From Candidatus Odinarchaeota archaeon (lineage in GTDB: Archaea; Asgardarchaeota; Baldrarchaeia; Baldrarchaeales; DXJG01): a stretch of 28,393 nucleotides of DNA. The translations under genes and the position numbers were made by a program. Below, piece after piece: positions 16,750 to 26,700 of this stretch. Numbering within the stretch: position 1 is the stretch's first letter; each line of letters opens with the position of its first letter. Below the pieces are notes generated by a model, which saw only the letters and a program-made list of their open reading frames with translations, had not been told where the DNA came from and did no database searches. The DNA is taken from positions 1-28,393 of the forward strand of contig JAGGSW010000046.1 of assembly GCA_021158895.1 (NCBI GenBank), in the 5' to 3' direction.

Positions 16750-17874
16750 ATGGAGCAGATTATAGAAAAAATAAGAGAAAGAGAGAGTATTTCATCACAG
16801 AGGCGTGCTCGTTTCAGCACTAAATATGTGGATGAAGAACTTCAAAGAATACTAGAGGAAGCAAGAACAAAAATTCTGGTTGTTGGCGTAGGTGGGGCTG
16901 GAAACAACACTATAACACGGCTAATGGAGATCGGCATCGATGGCGCTGAAACCCTCGCAATAAACACTGATGCACAAGATCTCCTATACACCGATGCACA
17001 TCATAAGCTATTAATTGGTAGAAAATTGACTGGAGGTCTTGGAGCTGGAAATAACCCAGCGGTGGGAGAAGCTGCAGCAAAAGAAAGCTATGAAGAAATA
17101 AAAGAAGCAGTAGTAGCTGATTTAGTGTTCATTACATGCGGTTTAGGCGGAGGAACTGGCACCGGAGCAGCACCTATAGTTGCGGAGGCTGCAAAAGATC
17201 AGGGAGCCCTTACGATAAGCATATGTACCTTGCCGTTTAGAATAGAGGGCAAAAAACGTATTAAAAATGCCTTAATGGGTTTAAAAAACCTTTTAAATGT
17301 ATGTGATACGGTTATAGTCATCCCCAACGAGAAACTACTTGATATCGTTCCAAACCTGTCAATCGCTGAGGCATTTAGAGTAGCTGATGAAATATTGATT
17401 AGAGGTGTAAAGGGCATCACAGAACTTGTCACAAGACCAGGACTTGTAAACTTAGATTTCGCGGACGTTAAATCAGTTCTAGAAAACGGCGGAATGTCCT
17501 TAATCTCTATGAGCGAAGCAGAAGGAGAAAAAAGAGCAGAAATAGCTGTCAAAAAAGCCTTACAAAACCCGTTGCTAGATGTTGATATCAATGGAGCTAG
17601 AGGAGCATTAATAAACATTAGTGGTAGTCAAGACTTAACTCTACATGAAGCCGAAATTATAGTTGAAAACGTAGCGTCAAAACTTGAACCTGACGCTGAA
17701 ATCATATGGGGCGCACTAATAGACGGTGAACTAAAAGGAGCAATTCGAATAACTCTAATAATTTCCGGGGTGAATTCACCCTATCTAGTTGAATCTGAAG
17801 AGGACCTCATGAAAATACTACTCGAAAAAAATAAAGGGACAAACATTGATTTCGGTATAGAACCACTAGAGTGA
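16750..17874 (+). CDS. ftsZ: Cell division GTPase FtsZ
   Basis: GVGGAGNNT and GLGGGTGTGAAPIVA tubulin signature. I prefer ATG 16750 because the track GTG start (16741) lies inside the AGGTGA SD-like motif. Confidence 0.95.
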   Translation: MEQIIEKIRERESISSQRRARFSTKYVDEELQRILEEARTKILVVGVGGAGNNTITRLMEIGIDGAETLAINTDAQDLLYTDAHHKLLIGRKLTGGLGAGNNPAVGEAAAKESYEEIKEAVVADLVFITCGLGGGTGTGAAPIVAEAAKDQGALTISICTLPFRIEGKKRIKNALMGLKNLLNVCDTVIVIPNEKLLDIVPNLSIAEAFRVADEILIRGVKGITELVTRPGLVNLDFADVKSVLENGGMSLISMSEAEGEKRAEIAVKKALQNPLLDVDINGARGALINISGSQDLTLHEAEIIVENVASKLEPDAEIIWGALIDGELKGAIRITLIISGVNSPYLVESEEDLMKILLEKNKGTNIDFGIEPLE

Positions 17875-17904
17875 AACAGCAAACTCTAGTCAAAGGTGTA
17901 ACAG

Positions 17905-18072
17905 ATGGATGTAGTATCTTTCCTAAGAAATGTAAGAAGATTACTAAAACTAGCAAAAAAACCTACCGGAGAAGAACTTAAACTTAGCATAAGGATATCT
18001 GTAATTGGCATTCTTGTTATAGGCTTTATTGCGTTCCTAATTAGATTAATTTTTGCGTTACTGTTCCGATAA
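17905..18072 (+). CDS. secE: Preprotein translocase subunit SecE / Sec61-gamma (55 aa; below the ORF-track cut-off)
   Basis: Hand translation gives MDVVSFLRNVRRLLKLAKKPTGEELKLSIRISVIGILVIGFIAFLIRLIFALLFR. It has a single C-terminal TM helix and the conserved position between ftsZ and spt5. Confidence 0.85.
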   Translation: MDVVSFLRNVRRLLKLAKKPTGEELKLSIRISVIGILVIGFIAFLIRLIFALLFR

Positions 18073-18085
18073 ATGAGGGGGAAAA

Positions 18086-18556
18086 ATGTCAGAAACAAGG
18101 CCCAAAGCAAAGTCAGGCATCTTCGTAGTAAGAACAACTACTGGTCAAGAAAAAATAGTTGCAACGCTAATTGAAGAAAGGGCAAAAGCACGAAAACTAG
18201 CAATAAGAGCTATTCTTATACCTGAAGGAGTAAGAGGATACATTTTTATAGAAGCAGCAACTCCATATGATGTCTTGCAGGCAATTACTGGGCTTCCCCA
18301 TGTCAGAAGCAGACTAGCTGGAAAAATAGATATATCAGAAATGGAACATTTTCTCGCACCAAAACCAGCCTTAGAGGCTGTCAGTGAAGGAGATATAGTT
18401 GAAATAACAGGAGGACCGTTTAAAGGAGAAAAAGCGAAGGTTGTCAGAGTAGATGAGTCAAAAGAAGAAGTCGTAGTCGAATTGTTTGAGTCTCCCGTAC
18501 CCATTCCAATAAAAGTTAGAGCAGACTTCGTAAAAATTGTAGAAAAAGAAGAATAA
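18086..18556 (+). CDS. spt5: Transcription elongation factor Spt5 (NusG)
   Basis: NGN domain IFVVRTTTGQEKIVATLIEERA and KOW motif GDIVEITGGPFKGEKAKVVRVD. Confidence 0.95.
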   Translation: MSETRPKAKSGIFVVRTTTGQEKIVATLIEERAKARKLAIRAILIPEGVRGYIFIEAATPYDVLQAITGLPHVRSRLAGKIDISEMEHFLAPKPALEAVSEGDIVEITGGPFKGEKAKVVRVDESKEEVVVELFESPVPIPIKVRADFVKIVEKEE

Positions 18557-18568
18557 AGGTGATGAGTC

Positions 18569-19057
18569 ATGGGTAAAAAGGTCACACTTGAAGTACTAGT
18601 TGATGGTGGAAAAGCTAGTGCTGGGCCCCCCATAGGACCAGCATTAGGGCCAACTGGTGTAAACCTATATATGGTCGTTCAAAAAATAAATGAACTTACC
18701 AAAGATTTTGCAGGGCTAAAAGTACCAGTAAAAATAATAGTAGACCAAGAAACAAAAGAATTCTGGGTAGAAGTAGGCACTCCACCTACAAGCGCCCTAA
18801 TACTCAAAGAACTGGGTAAAGATAAGGGAAGCGGGGATCCAAAGGGAAACAAAGTCGGAGATCTAAAAATGGAGCAAGTAGTTAAAATTGCAAAAGCAAA
18901 AATGGGAGACCTAATTGTAAAAAGCCTTAAAAGCGCCGTTAAAACAGTACTTGGAACCTGTGTCAGCATGGGCGTGACAGTAGAGGGTAAAGACCCTAGG
19001 GAAATTCAAAAAGAAATCGATGAAGGTGTTTGGGACAACTTACTTTCTGAAGAGTAA
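18569..19057 (+). CDS. rpl11: 50S ribosomal protein L11
   Basis: [32 protein letters not shown] ... [12 protein letters not shown]. Confidence 0.95.
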   Translation: MGKKVTLEVLVDGGKASAGPPIGPALGPTGVNLYMVVQKINELTKDFAGLKVPVKIIVDQETKEFWVEVGTPPTSALILKELGKDKGSGDPKGNKVGDLKMEQVVKIAKAKMGDLIVKSLKSAVKTVLGTCVSMGVTVEGKDPREIQKEIDEGVWDNLLSEE

Positions 19058-19179
19058 AACATTAACTTTATATTAGATTTTTTGCTATTTCCTCCAGCAT
19101 TTTAGTCTCGTAAATTAATGATCACCATAATACCAATTTAAAATCATCTTCCTAGATCCAGTGCTCCGAGGGATGTAAT

Positions 19180-19833
19180 ATGTCCATAGACATTAAAAAA
19201 ATAGTTGAAGCCGTGAAAGAAGCAAAAGAGAAAGCAAAGGAAAGGAAATTTAAAGAATCAATAGATCTATCTATTAGCTTTAAAAATTTAGATTTAAAAA
19301 AACCTGAAAATAGAATAAGTGCCGAAGTCACTCTTCCCCATCCAATTAATAAACCTGTAAAGGTTTGTGTCATAGCTAGTGGAGATCTTGAGGTTAGAGC
19401 AAAAAATGAGGGAATAGACTCAGTATTATCAAGAACAGATCTTGAAAAATTCCTATCAGATCGAAAAGCAGCGAAAAAACTAGCAAAACAATTCGACTTC
19501 TTTCTTGCTCAAGTTGATTTAATGCCTCTAGTTGGTAGATCCCTTGGCCCTGTTTTAGGTCCAAGAGGTAAAATGCCCAAACCTATACCGCCCACCGCTG
19601 ATATAAAATCTCTAGTAGAACAATACAGAAGAACTGTTAGAATTAGAATGAGAAATAACCCTGTAATTCATGTTAGAGTTGGAACAAAAGATATGGAAGA
19701 TGAAAAAATAGCTGAAAACATAAAAGCAGTTTTAGAATTCCTACTCGAAAAACTTGAAAAAGGCATGCAAAATATAAAAAGCATATACGTTAAAACAACC
19801 ATGGGACCACCAGTTCCCATTAAAATAAAATAA
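19180..19833 (+). CDS. rpl1: 50S ribosomal protein L1
   Basis: KFKESIDLSISFKNLDLKKPENRI ... LGPVLGPRGKMPKPI ... VHVRVGTKDM. Confidence 0.95.
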   Translation: MSIDIKKIVEAVKEAKEKAKERKFKESIDLSISFKNLDLKKPENRISAEVTLPHPINKPVKVCVIASGDLEVRAKNEGIDSVLSRTDLEKFLSDRKAAKKLAKQFDFFLAQVDLMPLVGRSLGPVLGPRGKMPKPIPPTADIKSLVEQYRRTVRIRMRNNPVIHVRVGTKDMEDEKIAENIKAVLEFLLEKLEKGMQNIKSIYVKTTMGPPVPIKIK

Positions 19834-19867
19834 CTATAATGATCTAACCATAAGGGATGTGGACAAC

Positions 19868-20887
19868 ATGGCTATAGCTGTTACTAAGCAGGGAAGACCT
19901 GTACCTGAACACAAAGTAAAAATAGTAGACGAGTTAGTTGACCTAATCAAAAAGCATAAAGTAATAGCTTTAACAAAAATGGATACAATCGGAGCACACC
20001 AAGTTCAAAGATTAAGAAACATGTTAAGAGGCAGAGTCCTAATTAAAATGGCAAAAAACACATTAATGAAAATAGCTTTAAACAAAGCTAAAAAATTTAA
20101 ACCAGGTATTGAAAAACTTGCAGATTACATTACTGGATCATGCGCATTTGTATTTACAAACGAAAACCCGGTAAAAATAAATCTTTTCCTAGAAAGAAAT
20201 AAAGCAAAAGCTCCCGCAAAAGCCGGTCAAACAGCTCAAAACGATATAATAGTACCAGAAGGCAACACAGGACTCCCACCTGGACCAGTAATCAGCGAAC
20301 TAAACGAAGTAGGAATCCCCACCAAAGTACAATCCGGATCGGTATGGGTGGCAAAGGATACCGTCGTCTGCAAAAAGGGAGAAAAAATCTCAAGAAAACT
20401 GGCATTAGTCCTTTCAAGACTCGGCATAGAACCCATGGAAGTAGGATTATCTCTTCACGCCGCATATGACGATGGAGTTATATTTACAGAGGAAGAACTA
20501 ACAATACACCCAGAAGAAATAAAACAACAAATACAAACCGCCCACATAGAAGCATTCAATCTAGCTCTAAACGCCACAGTACCAACCACCGACACAATGC
20601 CCATACTACTGCAAAAAGCATATAGCGAAGCAATAAACCTATCGATAAACGCATGCATACCAACCAAAGAAACCCTACCATACATCCTATCGAAAGCCCA
20701 CGTCGAAGCAACAAGCCTTGCAAGCAAAATACTTGAGATAAAACCAGACGCACTGCCAAGTGAAGTAGTTACTACAGTTCCTCAACCAGTAGAGAAAGCT
20801 GAGGTAAAAGAAGAAGAGAAGAAAGAAGAAAAGAAGGAAGAGGAAGAAGAGGAAGAAGAATTAGGTTTAGGATCACTCTTCGGATAA
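19868..20887 (+). CDS. rpl10: 50S ribosomal stalk protein P0 (L10)
   Basis: N-terminal L10 domain, repeated P1-binding helices ([24 protein letters not shown] / [24 protein letters not shown]), and the acidic tail [25 protein letters not shown] prefer ATG 19868. The track start is 19859. Confidence 0.95.
   Translation: MAIAVTKQGRPVPEHKVKIVDELVDLIKKHKVIALTKMDTIGAHQVQRLRNMLRGRVLIKMAKNTLMKIALNKAKKFKPGIEKLADYITGSCAFVFTNENPVKINLFLERNKAKAPAKAGQTAQNDIIVPEGNTGLPPGPVISELNEVGIPTKVQSGSVWVAKDTVVCKKGEKISRKLALVLSRLGIEPMEVGLSLHAAYDDGVIFTEEELTIHPEEIKQQIQTAHIEAFNLALNATVPTTDTMPILLQKAYSEAINLSINACIPTKETLPYILSKAHVEATSLASKILEIKPDALPSEVVTTVPQPVEKAEVKEEEKKEEKKEEEEEEEELGLGSLFG
20811..20858 (+). repeat. 48-nt tract in the P0 tail identical to 21134..21181 in the P1 tail
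   Basis: aagaagagaagaaagaagaaaagaaggaagaggaagaagaggaagaag is identical in both genes by hand comparison. The last 14 nt of both genes (cactcttcggataa) are also identical. Confidence 0.9.
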
Positions 20888-20904
20888 TTTCGGAGGTGAA
20901 AAAT

Positions 20905-21210
<306 letters not shown>

Positions 21211-21322
21211 CAAATGAAACCAAAACACATCAAAAACACTCACGCAAACACCACCAGAACACAAACAAAACAAGAAAACTAGAAAGTTATTTCCCCATTC
21301 TATATTTTACAAGGAGAAAAAC

Positions 21323-22030
21323 ATGAAAAATGAGAGAAAACTCCTAGAAGCTGCAAAAGACTACAAATACCTGCTAGAAAGAGGCTACAATAAGAAAAGC
21401 GCACTAAGATTCGTAGGAGAACGATATCTATTAAATGAAACAGAGAGACACATACTTTACAGAACAATATTCCCAGAGAAAGAAGCCACCCAAAGAAGAG
21501 AAAAACTAGTTAAAGAAAGCGAAGTAGAAAACAACAGACTAGTAGTGGACTGCTACAACGTCCTAATAACCGTAGAAACCATGCTAAAAAACGGCATCAT
21601 ATTAAAAGCAGACAACGGATACATAAGAGACATCTCAGCAATCTTCAGAAAATACAAAATAACAAACCTAACAGAAAAAGCCCTAAACCTAATCATACAA
21701 GCCATCAAAAACCTAAAACCAGCAGAAGCAATCTTCATACTAGACCAACCCATCAGCAAAAGCGGAGAACTCGCAGCAAAAATAAGAAACCTCCTACAAA
21801 AACACAACATAAAAGGAACCGCAAAAACAACAAAACACCCAGACAAAGAACTAACCCAAACCCCAGGAATAATAGCCACAAGCGACACCATAATATTAGA
21901 CAAAGTCAAAAAAACCTTCGACCTACCAGCCTACATCTTTAAAAAACATTTTAAAAATAAAACAAAAATAATAAAACCAAAACACATAAACCTAAACCAA
22001 AAACACAAACAAAAAATCCCACACAAATAA
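21323..22030 (+). CDS. Conserved archaeal hypothetical protein, probably DUF434 family (N-terminal) with an uncharacterised C-terminal domain
   Basis: 235-aa ORF. The N-terminus LLEAAKDYKYLLERGYNKKSALRFVGERYLLNETERHILYRTI matches my recollection of the DUF434 pattern; this is not verified by search. The C-terminal tail KKHFKNKTKIIKPKHINLNQKHKQKIPHK is low-complexity, and the stop lies 10 nt before tRNA-Arg. Confidence 0.6.
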   Translation: MKNERKLLEAAKDYKYLLERGYNKKSALRFVGERYLLNETERHILYRTIFPEKEATQRREKLVKESEVENNRLVVDCYNVLITVETMLKNGIILKADNGYIRDISAIFRKYKITNLTEKALNLIIQAIKNLKPAEAIFILDQPISKSGELAAKIRNLLQKHNIKGTAKTTKHPDKELTQTPGIIATSDTIILDKVKKTFDLPAYIFKKHFKNKTKIIKPKHINLNQKHKQKIPHK

Positions 22031-22040
22031 CCACTAAAAC

Positions 22041-22168
<128 letters not shown>

Positions 22169-22216
22169 ATGACTTTTTGTTTGGAGTGGGTTGTTTGTGT
22201 TTGTTGTTTTGGTGTT

Positions 22217-23698
22217 TTATTTTTGTTTTTGTGTGTTGTTGATTTTTTCAAGTATTAGTTTGATTTTTCTGTGGGTTTCGTTGTCGGTTTTGTTGAGTTT
22301 GTTGAGGAGTGGGGTTATTTTGTTGAGTGTTTCTGGTTTTGTGGTGGTGATTGTTTTTAGGAGGTTGGCTATTTTTGTGATGTGGTGTTTGCTGTATTTT
22401 TTGTTGGTGAGGAGTTTTGGTAGTATTTGAAGGAGTTTTGGTAGTATTTTGCTGATGGTTTGGGGGTGTTTTTTGATGAGGATTGTTAGGTTGTCGCTTA
22501 GGTTTTCGTAGACTTCTTCGTATGGGTGGGTGAGGTATTCTGTTATTTTGGGTAGTGTGTCTTCGATTAGCTGTGGGTAGTCTATTCCTATGTATAGTAG
22601 TGTTAGTGCGGCTGATGTGCTGAGTTCTTGGTAGGTTTCGTTATAGGTTTCGTTGTATAAGTTTTCTTTGAGTTTTGGGGTTAGTTTTAGAACCATCTTG
22701 GAGGATTTGAGGGCGAGCCACTCGATGGTTTCAATGGTGTATTCGTTTAGTTTGTCCCAAATTTTTTCTATTTTTTCTTCTACCTGTTTCGGATATTTTT
22801 TCCAAACTACGTGTATTATGTCTATAAGTAGTTCAGCGGTGTCCCAGTCAGTGAGGGAGTCCATTAAGGCTTCAAATAGCAAGTCTATTTCTTCTTTCAG
22901 TATATCAACGTTATTTTCTGCATGGTTCCATAGGATAGATGCTGCTTTATAACGAATGGGATCATGTCTTAGACAAGTCACCAAGTCTCGGGTTATGTTT
23001 TTAATTGTTTCAGGCTTTCTACTTCCGATGTTTTCGATTATTTCTAATGCTATGAGGATAACTTCGTCATTTGAGTCATGTAGAAGTTTTGCTAAGTCGG
23101 ATATCCTGTTATCGAATAATTCTGGGTATTTTTTTGAGACTTCTAATATTGCCTCAGCTATTGCTGTACGAGCATGTTGACATCTATTTGGGAAGCCTGC
23201 AAACTCGTCGTGTGGTAAATCATCTAGGTTGTAAGGGTCTTTGCAGGGTCTACTGAGTTTTAGAAAAAGTATGTCGACTTTATCTTTGAATACTTCTGGC
23301 CGTTTAGCCGCTAAACTTGAAACAACTGTTGCTAAATGTTCGTAAACTCTATCATTTCTCTCCTCCAGTCTCCCAAGAAGTCTTCTAACAGCGAACTCAA
23401 ATTTCTTCTGACCCATATTGGAGATTTCGTCCACGATCTGTTGGAGAGTTTCTGCAATATGTTCCCTAATCTTATCACTTGGATCGTTCAACTTGTCAAT
23501 GAATCTCAGTATAGCCCACTCAAGCCTTTCGCCTTTCAAACACTTAATTTTTTCGGCGAATTCTTTTACTCGATCTTTGATTACAATTTCGCGATAATCA
23601 ATACTAGAGTCGTTAAGTTCCCGAATAATGTCCTTAATAATATTAAAGGTAGGTTCTTCTCTGGATTTGTTCTTTGAGTTTCCTTGGTTCAACACCAT
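22217..23698 (-). CDS. HEAT-repeat protein, paralog of 1649..2989
   Basis: 493-aa ORF. It shares blocks with the 446-aa paralog: RPCKDPY...HDE...FPNRCQHAR, KKYPELF, LAKLLHDSNDEV, WKKYPKQVEEKIEKI, IGIDYPQLIEDTLPKI, LIKKHPQTISKILPKL. It carries one extra repeat relative to the paralog. Confidence 0.85.
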   Translation of the reverse strand: MVLNQGNSKNKSREEPTFNIIKDIIRELNDSSIDYREIVIKDRVKEFAEKIKCLKGERLEWAILRFIDKLNDPSDKIREHIAETLQQIVDEISNMGQKKFEFAVRRLLGRLEERNDRVYEHLATVVSSLAAKRPEVFKDKVDILFLKLSRPCKDPYNLDDLPHDEFAGFPNRCQHARTAIAEAILEVSKKYPELFDNRISDLAKLLHDSNDEVILIALEIIENIGSRKPETIKNITRDLVTCLRHDPIRYKAASILWNHAENNVDILKEEIDLLFEALMDSLTDWDTAELLIDIIHVVWKKYPKQVEEKIEKIWDKLNEYTIETIEWLALKSSKMVLKLTPKLKENLYNETYNETYQELSTSAALTLLYIGIDYPQLIEDTLPKITEYLTHPYEEVYENLSDNLTILIKKHPQTISKILPKLLQILPKLLTNKKYSKHHITKIANLLKTITTTKPETLNKITPLLNKLNKTDNETHRKIKLILEKINNTQKQK

Positions 23699-23769
23699 TC
23701 ACCTAGTTGTTCATATTTATGTATTCGAGAGAAAAGCTATAAACTTGGTGAAGCTTCAGTAGAGTCATT

Positions 23770-26700
23770 CTACCAGTTTACTGCTTGTTGTAGGAGTTGT
23801 GTCCATGTGTTTCCTAGGATGGTTCCGATTAGGTACATTGTTGGTCCGCCGTTTCCGATGATTTGTATTGCTGTGTCGATGAGGGGGTATATGATTTTTG
23901 TGAAGATCCAAGCATTATCGCCGAATACGGTTTGTGCTATGTAGGGTATTATGTTGTCTGCCAAAACTACGTTTATGTTTCCTTCTAGGTACATGCCTAT
24001 TAGTATGCCGTTTAACATGCAGCCGAGAAATGTTTGTACTGCAGTTTTAACAACATTTTTAATCGAGTTTTCGCCTTTAGTTCGCTTGATGACGTTCCAT
24101 GTGTCTTGCCAGTCATCTACATCTATGAGGATTTTTGCTATGAGTGATAGTGCCATGTATGCATAGATTTTTCCGTAGTTTGTTTTTAGAACCATTTTTA
24201 CGTTATTTGGTAGTCTTTTGTATATCTTTATGCCTATTATGTGGCCAGTGAAGCACGTGGTTGCAAATATTATGATGAATATAGCCGATGCGGCTGCGTT
24301 TAAGCTTTTTCCTAGGATGTTCTTGAAGGTTTCTTTTACTTTGGGTTTTTGGAAGATGTCTAGTAGGTCTTTGTGGTGTTGTATTACTCCTTTTTCAGGG
24401 GCTTTTGTTGGTAGTTCGATTGTGGTTGTTTTAACGTCTTCTCCAAGTTCCCCTAAGTCCTTGAGGTATGCTTCGTTTCTTGCTTGGATTCTTAGTTCCT
24501 TTTGTGAATTTCTGTAATTGTCGAGTAACCTGAAATTCCAATTCCCAGACTCTTTATAAATCCCCCTAATCTTCTCAGTAAGAACTCTTATTTCGATTTT
24601 CTTACCATCTTGAATCTTTGTATATTTTGGATCAATGGCATTCCTAATTTTATCGGCCGACATGTTTTTCTTTAGTTTGCCTTTTGTTTTTGCTTCGTTT
24701 ACGGCTTGTTTTAGGGTTTCTATGACTTTTGTGTGGAGTTTTTCGTAGTATTCTTTGTAGTTTTGTTTTAGCCAGTTTTCTATGTTTTCTCTTGTTTGTT
24801 TAACTTGTTTCTTTTGGTTTGTTAGGCCTTCTTCTTCTAGTCTTTCTTCCACTTTTTTAAGTATGTAGCATAGTTCTGTGTGTTGCATGAGGATTTCGTT
24901 GAGGAATACTGGGTCGTAGCCTTTTATGATGATTTCTGCGTGGTTGTCTATGACTAGAGGGTGAACTTCAGCAACAGACTGAGATATTAGGTTATAGAAG
25001 CTTGGTAGTTTTCCTTCCCGTGCTTTATACTTATTTGCATAGGTTCTCCAGAACTCAGCTTGCTTATTTATTATCTGTTTTACCTTTTTGGTTTTTTCCA
25101 GCCAGTTCTTGCCGAGCATGCCATCATCTAACCCTGTACCGTGATCAAACCTGTAGATGAACTCCATAATCCCCTTGCTTCGAAGTTTCTCCACAAGTTT
25201 TGAAGTTTTTGTGGCTTTATTTTCAGTTTTTGGTTTAGAAGCAATCTTTCCATAGTTTTCCTTGAGCTCTCTACACGGTTTGAATCTTCCTTCGCTCTTT
25301 TGTATTTCCATTCTTATCCCTAGGACTATTCTGTAACCCTTAAGTGTAATATCTTCGGTTTTGATTTCGCATGGTATGAACTTACTCATTAGTGCTATTG
25401 GTTTTCCCTTATCACTATAGAGTACTCCGTTTTGGATTTTTGTGTCGAATTTTTCCATCGCTTTTTTAAGTGTTCTTTCATAAGGATCTGTGAACTGGTT
25501 TAGGTAGCCGTGCCAGACAATTGAGAACTCTACTGATTCTCCATTAATATTCATGTGAATTGTTTGGATGATTGCTATATCTCCGTACCAACTATGGTAA
25601 CGACGACGTTTTTTGCCTTTTGTAGTTTTGCCGTACTCAAGAATGATCCTTTTGATTTTCCCGCTTTCTTTATCGTATTCTACGAGTTGTGTACCTTCTT
25701 TGATTATTTCGCTTAGTTTTTCGTTTAGGACTATTCTTTCGACTCTTCCGATTATGTCACATGGTCGGTTGGCGTCTCGCCACATTTCGGTTGCTTGGCC
25801 TTGTCTGAATATTATGTATATGTCGTCGAATCTTGTGAAGCTAACGTATTTTACCGATTTTCCCAGGTAATTCTCCATTTCCCTGTAGATTTTACGATGA
25901 TGCCATGATATGTTGGTGCTTTTTTCGTTGTCTCTTCTTGCAAACACACCAGCCATTAGTCCTGTGTATAGCCATGTCATGTATAGTTTGTAGTAGGAGG
26001 ATAGTTGTACTTCTGGTGGTTGGATGCTGATTAGGAAGTTTATTATTTTTGCTGCAGTGTTCATTATGTTGTCTGCGAGTTTTTTATTTAGTCCTCCTTC
26101 GACTACGAGTGTGGCGATCATTTCTGCTAATTGTAGGTATGCGTCTATTGTGAAATCCATGAAGTTTGTAAGCAACTTGGTAAGTAATGGTTTAACCGCA
26201 TTTTTCCATAAAGTATTGAATACGGATGTAATTGAATTAATGAATTTCTCAACGGAATTCTTAAGTAATCGTTCGCTATAAGCTACTGCGTTGTCTAGGA
26301 ATTTTATTGACCGATCTACCCATTTTCTTAGGATTTTTCGAACCCAGTTTAAATCTATGCTTAAAACTTTTGATAATGCTCCTAGAAGTTTATCCATAGT
26401 CCAGGAAAAGTATTTTAATATTCCATTTGCGAATTTTGCTATTGCAGCGATTATCAGGGCGGCAACAAGTTCACTCAGAGTTTTTCCAGCTCTAATCATA
26501 GAATAAGCTACGGAGACTACCGTCTTCAAGTATTGTTTTGCAAAGTTTACTATGAAGTTTGCCCCGCGGAAAACCGTATTATCTAAAATGGATTTTACCG
26601 GTTTACGCATCCACTTACTCCAAGGAGCATTAAATGTTGCATCAATCCACCTGTATACCGCGTTTTTAACACCGTAGTAGTTTTTGTAAATTGCATTGAA

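Noticed and set aside
20800-20870. GAA/GAG/AAG-rich tract that looks like a tandem repeat or microsatellite
   Set aside because: It encodes the acidic Glu/Lys tail of stalk protein P0, and the same applies to P1 at 21131..21185. It is not a non-coding repeat or CRISPR-like array.
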